NCBI GenBank assembly: GCA_951406725.2
Contig: OX597825.1
Coordinates: 23,126,001 to 23,190,000, forward strand
Reading direction: 5' to 3'
DNA: 64,000 bases
DNA from: Octopus vulgaris
Taxonomy: Eukaryota
Each line of letters begins with the position of its first letter. Position 1 is the stretch's first letter. This document shows positions 57,762-64,000 of the stretch, in pieces. The notes under the pieces are model-generated. The model saw nothing but the letters and a program-made list of their open reading frames with translations. It was not told where the DNA came from and searched no databases. Position numbers and translations under genes: made by a program.

Positions 57762-58191
57762 AAGCTGGCAGAATTGTTAGAATACTGAGCAAAATGCTTA
57801 GTGGGATTTCGCCCATTTTTTCGTTCTGAGTTCAAATTCCGCCGGGGTCGACTTTGCCTTTCATCTTTTCGGAGTCGATGAAATAAGTACCAGTTATGCA
57901 CTGGGATCGATGCTATCGACTAGCTCCCTCCCCTAAAACTTCAGGATTATTTAATAGTTATTTCTTTACTACCCACAAGGGGTTAAACACAGAGGGGACA
58001 AACAAGGACAGACAAACGGATTGAGACGATTACATCGACCCCAGTGCGTAACTGGTACTTAATTTATCGACACCCAAAAGGATGAAAGGCAAAGTCGACC
58101 TCGGCGGAATTTGAACTCAGAATGTAATACCAGACGAAATACGGCTACGCATTTCGCCCGGCGTGTTAACGTTTCTGCCAGCTCGCCGCCT
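57762..58191. mobile_element. Old SINE B (+, 57762-57945) tail-to-tail with young SINE B (-, 57959-58191)
   Basis: Young copy has flanking duplication attatttaatagt. Confidence 0.88.
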
Positions 58192-58968
58192 TATATTATT
58201 TAATAGTAACCTACTGTAAGTTTTCCCGACTAATCATATTTTTGTACGCATACACTATTTCAAATTTTGAAGCGGGATAGCTTTGCGTGTAATGTATTCG
58301 ACTATACAGGTACAATTACTAAATTTTACTCTTAATAAATTCAAATCCGTTCCGAATTTTTCCTGGTCCTTACTTTGTGGGCGATTTCTATTGCTCTTGG
58401 AGACGAATTTCTCATCTGTAACTATGTTATTGATGTTTTTGTGGATGAAATATGCCTTCTATTTCATTCTTCTCTAAACCTTGTTAGTTTTCATTAACTT
58501 AACCATATCAATTAGGCCATTTAACATGAACAATTCACTATAATTACACAAATTATATTGTAATAAATGGCGAAGTAGTGTAACAGTACTAAGACCAACC
58601 AATACAATTAATAAAAGTTACTCTGCTGAATTTAGTGGACAAAAAAATAAAGACGTTTACATTATAAACTTCTTAATACATTTTTATATTGAAAATTGAA
58701 ATAACAAATAATGCTATAATTTGAAGCAATTACAATGACAGAACTTCAACGAACAGTTAAAACTAGTATTCCCAGATGAGAGTTTAGTCTGTAGGGAAAA
58801 AAGGAGTCACTTTGAAATTTTGATGTTATTATTCAGAAATTTCATGCTAGCATTATTAATTTTGTGCATCTATATTTTTAATTTTGTTGTTTAAAATAAC
58901 AATTTTGCCCAAAGGAAATGTGTCGCACATTATTGTTAACATTATTTATATGCGTGCGTGTGCATATA

Positions 58969-59023
<55 letters not shown>

Positions 59024-59053
59024 GAGAGAGATACAGACAGAAACATTACATAC

Positions 59054-59092
<39 letters not shown>

Positions 59093-59108
59093 AATACACA
59101 CACACACA

Positions 59109-59155
<47 letters not shown>

Positions 59156-59708
59156 GTATGTATATTATATATAAATTGTATATGTATGTATATATATATA
59201 TAAATTGTATATATATACAGCAAAAGTTGAGGTCTGCACTATCAGTCATTTTACTTATTTGATAAAGTATGTTATATAATATATTTATATGTGTGTGTGT
59301 GTGTGTGTGTGTGTTTGTGGTTGTGTAGGCGTGTGTACGTGCGTGTTCTTATAGACTACCAAAGTTATTTTTCTCTGAAGTATGCTTGAAATTTCCATTC
59401 CATTAACAATATCCAACAATTGATGACTAACTCAATTGACATATATTTATTCATTTATTTATTTATTCATATATTTGCCACTCGAATTGCAAATGGACGC
59501 TGCAACTAGAATACTTTATAGCTTTCATTTTAACACCGCTCCGCTCCGCTCCCTCATTTTCTTTCTCTCTCTTTCTTTATTCCTCTATCTCAAGAGAGAT
59601 AGACAGAGACAGAGAAGGAGAGGAATAAAATGAATTGTACCACATTCATTCATGCGATTGTCATGTGCATTAATTGCTTCAAATTCATTTCAAGAAATTC
59701 GTTCGAAC

Positions 59709-60040
59709 TTTTTTTTTCTTCTTTTATGGTTTAAACAGCAAAGGAAGGTGTCGGCTACCGTGACCCTTTTAAGTGCTTTGCGGACATGGGAAAGGAGGAA
59801 AAGGAAAACGTTTACTCGGTCCGAAGGTCTGGTCCGAATGCTTGCTGCAGAGGACTATGTTGAAAGATCCCCAAACACAAGTTACTTAAGATAAACATTT
59901 GAACCCTGTAACAGATTAAAGCTAGATTAACGCAGGTTGGAATGAGGGCCCACGTAGAAAATGAAAGCGTGTAGATCTCGCTTCTTTGCATTTATAGATA
60001 TAGGAAGAAGTGGGGTCTGGCGGGCAGTACACTCATCGTA
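59709..60040 (-). mobile_element. Probable LINE 3' end with A-rich tail
   Basis: T-rich run at 59709-59727; diverged paralogue at ~62330-62400. Confidence 0.45.
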
Positions 60041-60133
60041 AAGCAACGGGTTTTAATTTAGGCTCAAGGCCAGATATTAGGGAGGAAGGAGTTAGTCGAT
60101 GCTACCGACCCCATACTGTATGAACCACGAAAT

Positions 60134-60520
60134 AGGCGTAGAAATGGCTGTATGGTAAGTAACTTGCTTACCAACTACATGGTTCCGGGTTCAGTCCCAC
60201 TGTGTGGCACCTTGGGCAAGTGTCTTCTACTATAGCCTTGGGCCAACCAAAGCCTTGTGAGTGGATTTGGTAGACTAAAACTCAAAGAAGCCCGTCCTAT
60301 ATATGTATATCTATATATGTGTGTATATGTTTGCGTGTCTGTGTTTGTTCCCCCTCCCCAACATCGCTTGACAACAATGCTGGTGTGTTTACGACGACGT
60401 AACTCAACGGTTAGAGAAAAGAGACCGATAGAATAAGTACTAGGCTTACAAAGAATAAGTCCTGGGGTCGATTTGCTCCAGCATGGCCACAGTCAAATGA
60501 CTGAAACAAGTAAAAGAGTA
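60134..60520 (+). mobile_element. SINE family C (CORE-like domain), full length
   Basis: tRNA head with GGTTCAGTCCC, CORE-like tgtggcaccttgggcaagtg, internal (TA)/(TG), tail gtaaaaga. Confidence 0.85.
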
Positions 60521-60889
60521 AATAATAAAAGGCAAAGGTGACCTCGTCGGAATTCGAACTCAGTATGTAACGAGACGGAAGGAATGCAAGTCCACGAGTC
60601 ATTTTTAGCTGATACCTTAAAGAATTTTTTACACTTTTAAGACAATAAGAAATATAATGATTCACTCAACGAGTCTCAACGCTATTTATTTCTTCTATTG
60701 TCACAACGCCTGAAATTGCTGAACCGAAACGTGTGTTACGGATCCAGAAACTATGAAAGTGAAGTCGACATCGGTGGAATTTGAATGCTGAGCGTAAAGT
60801 GCCGGATGAAATACCGTTAAGCATTTTGTCCGACACGCTAACGATTCTGCTTTCACGACATCAAATGCTGAAGAAACATGTATATATAT

Positions 60890-61640
60890 TAATGATTCCA
60901 AAGTTTGATACAGGGCCAGTAGGTTTTGAGGGGAGAGGGAAGCCGATTTCATCGACTCCAGTACTCAACTGGTACTTATTTTATAGACCTCCAAAGGAGG
61001 ACAGGGAAGTCGACCTGTGTAGAATTTGAGCTCAAAACGAAAAGACGGATCAAATACTTATTTCTTTACTACCCACAAGGGGCTAAACACAGAGAGGAGA
61101 AACAAGGAGTGACAAACGGATTAAGTCGATTATATCAACGCCAATGCGTAACTGGTACCTATTTTATCGACCCCGAAAGGATGAAAGGCAAAGTCGGCCT
61201 CGGCGGAATTTGAACTCAGAACGTAACGGCAGACGAAATACCTATTTCTATTTCTTTACTACCCACAAGGGGCAAAACACAGAGAGGACAAACAAGGACA
61301 GACAAACGGATTAAGTCGATTATATCGACCCCAGTGCGTAACTGGTACTTATTTAATCGACCCCGAAAGGATGAAAGGCAAAGTCGGCCTCGGCGGAATT
61401 TGAACTCAGAACGTAACGGCAGACGAAATACCTATTTCTATTTCTTTACTACCCACAAGGGGCAAAACACAGAGAGGACAAACAAGGACAGACAAACGGA
61501 TTAAGTCGATTATATCGACCCCAGTGCGTAACTGGTACTTATTTAATCGACCCCGAAAGGATGAATGGCAAAGTCGACCTCGGCGGAATTTGAACTCAGA
61601 ACGTAACGGCAGACGAAATACCGCTAAGCATTTCGCTCGA
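60890..61640 (-). mobile_element. SINE B trimer joined to an older SINE B
   Basis: Junctions ~61058, 61240 and 61430; last two units near-identical, 190 bp. Confidence 0.92.
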
Positions 61641-62895
61641 CGTGCTAACGTTTCTGCCAGCATATATAAAGAATGTGGTGCTTATGTGTATAATATGGCT
61701 TGTACAGTGTAAATGTGTTTAGTTCATAGTGTAATACGTATGGTACATTTTGTTTAACGGTAATGCGTATAGTGTAATGGCTGTACTATGATATGTAGAA
61801 TGTTGCAACTAATGCTTTGTAATAAAATACTTGAAATATGTGATTAGAGTTGGGCCTTTGAAATGTATATACAACCCGTCAGAGCGACTTTCACACAGAC
61901 CAGCTTTCACACAGAATCTCTTTACACGACTTCAATGATGAAGATTAGGTTGACCTGAGACTACAATAGAACATACTTGCTCCAAATGACACACAATAAA
62001 ATCGCCCCTGGAACTTTTGACAACGAAACGAATACCTTAACCGCTCTGCTACGTCTTTGTCCACCCCAGAATAAAGCATAAACAAATAGAAAAAAAAACT
62101 ACATTATTCGGCAATGTGATATTTTTTTTCATATTAAAGAAACAATACTAACATTGTTATATTGTCTTATGTTTATTGAAATTACACGAGTTTATTACAC
62201 AGGTCCGCTCTGATCACACAGACTTAATAGAAGGTTCTCTAGCTGCGGGACCAACCTGATTTTTTTTTTGTCCAAGACTAAAGTACAACCAGACATCATT
62301 CTGTCTTGGTATCATATACCTTGCTTTCGCTAAGGAAAGAGTCAACTACTGGGCCTCTTTTAAGTGCTTTTGAAACTTGTGGAAAGAAGGAAAGAGATTC
62401 AATGAAATAACCAGGATGTTACACCTAGAGGGAGAGGGAGCTACACAAGTACAACCCGGCATTTGTTACGGATGAGTAAGAACAGTGCAACGAGAAATGA
62501 AGTACTTAGCTTAAGGACACAAGGTGCTACCTAGTCCAGGAATTGAGCCTACGATCTTCTGCTCATTAACTGAATACCCTTATAGTTTGGCCATGCGCCT
62601 TCGTATCTGAAACAGTTTCCAAAGTGTCCCTCTTTTCATAAAACTTTAGGGTTTGAATAGAGGAAACTTTGGTTGTTATTTCTAGTAGGCTCACTCATTA
62701 GCTTGCTGCGATTGATTTTTGAAAGTGCATTGTCAATTTGCGTGTGATTTTAACTTCGAACCGAGAGAACCGTAAAACTGAACAATGCAAATGCCATTAG
62801 TTTACTTTTTCTGCCATTTGTCTCTATATATTTCCAGAATATATATTCTAGAAACGTTATTAATTTTCCGTATTCTGGCTTATTCTGGTGCTTAT

Positions 62896-63755
62896 CATTA
62901 CCTCCGCCTTCGCTAAAGCGGAGGTATTGTTTTCAGTCGCGTTTGTTTGTTTGTCGGTGGACAAGATATCCCAAGAACCGCTGGATGGATTCGGATGAAA
63001 CTTTCAGGGATGTTTGACCTCGTGATTGACACGAATTGATTAGATTTTGGGATCGATCCGAGACAGGACAAGGATTCTGGATTATTTTTCCTGTTTTTTA
63101 CTTAATTTTTGAGAGCGATCGGGTTCATTTTTACTATTTTCGTTTGAGAGCAGTCGAGTTTATTTCAGATATTCTCATTTTAAAAATCATCTCTGGCTAA
63201 TCATTGAGAGGACGTTGGTGTTTTTCTTCTTCTTCTTCTTCCAATCAGGACTCATGCCATTAGCCACAAAGAATAATCTCTAATTCGAGCCTACTCTAAG
63301 CTACTAAGAATGCGTGTGGCAACTTGAAGATCCACCCACCACACAAGATAGACTGGCGGTTGCACGGGCGCGAAAGCTACGTTGTTATCTTCATTTCGTA
63401 AACGATTACTTTTAACGGGTGACGAGCTGAACCATCCTGGGGTACAGAGGATTCGCAATCTAGACTAGGGTTTGAAAGTTTACCACACCATAATGGGTTA
63501 CACCATGTGTTTTAGGGAAACACATGCTTCGTGGCAGAAGTAGGAAGGAAGAGTGAGAGAAAGTTGTGGTGAAAGAGTACAGTGGGGTTCACCACCCACT
63601 AATCCTCGCCGGAGCTTCGTGGAGCTTAGATGTTTTTGCTTAATAAACCGCGTTCTTACGACCGCGAGTCCGCTACCCTAACCAAGGAGTCATTGCGCCT
63701 CCACGGACGTTAGTGTTTCTTTGGCGGAGGTTTGCGTCCTCTAAGTGCTCTTGTT
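62896..63755. mobile_element. Helentron-associated (HINE/DINE-1-like) non-autonomous element
   Basis: Subterminal inverted repeat ACCTCCGCC / GGCGGAGGT, (GTTT)n core, interrupted by a SINE. Confidence 0.65.
63223..63704 (-). mobile_element. SINE family A with a fourth tail, ending (GAA)n
   Basis: Target-site duplication ggacgtt(g/a)gtgtt at 63210-63222 and 63705-63717. Confidence 0.85.
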
Positions 63756-64000
63756 GTTGTTGTTTTACCACGTACGAAATTATTTCTTATTAAATTAAAA
63801 TTCATCGACGTCAATTCAATAATTTCGCTGCTTCAGAAAAAAAAAGATATTTAAAATACGATAAAAATAAAACAAGACAAACATGATTAATGAAATATTT
63901 ATTTTCTTCGGATTTTTGAATGAGAGTCTTGAAAATTGTCATAACATATTTTCAACATTTCACTGAGTTTTCGCGCCTTAAATAAACCAATCCGTAGAAA

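Noticed and set aside
59739-59863. Exon-like segment KEGVGYRDPFKCFADMGK...CCRGLC* with strong acceptor
   Set aside because: The pyrimidine tract is better explained as an antisense retroelement A-tail, and a diverged paralogue with a stop lies at ~62330
61170-61250. Hammerhead across the SINE B multimer junction (GGATGA...GACGAAATAC)
   Set aside because: No valid 3-8 core or helix I

Overview
Eukaryotic, AT-rich, extremely microsatellite-dense non-coding DNA. The tRNA-derived SINE families and repeat landscape look like an octopus (cephalopod) genome; this is inferred, not verified. Nearly all listed ORFs are translations of simple repeats. The protein-derived segments I recognise are all transposon remnants: a 5'-truncated R4/Dong LINE in a (TAA)n array, a Penelope-type GIY-YIG C-terminus, several mariner/Tc1 fragments and a probable hATm-like fragment. 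There are also MITEs, a Helentron-like element and three SINE families. No intact host gene is evident, only weak exon candidates. The main hidden signal is about 14 type I hammerhead-ribozyme (HHR)-like motifs from roughly 10 apparently unrelated short element families. Nearly all sit just upstream of a (TA)n-type tract, and several lie in inverted-repeat elements. Their cores show compensatory variation at the 3-8 pair (C-G, G-C, U-A) and mostly palindromic helix III loops. One element is a tRNA-headed, hammerhead-bearing SINE-like unit. A second unusual signal is a SINE family forming single-headed multimers that always rejoin at the same internal hairpin loop. All folds and alignments were done by eye.
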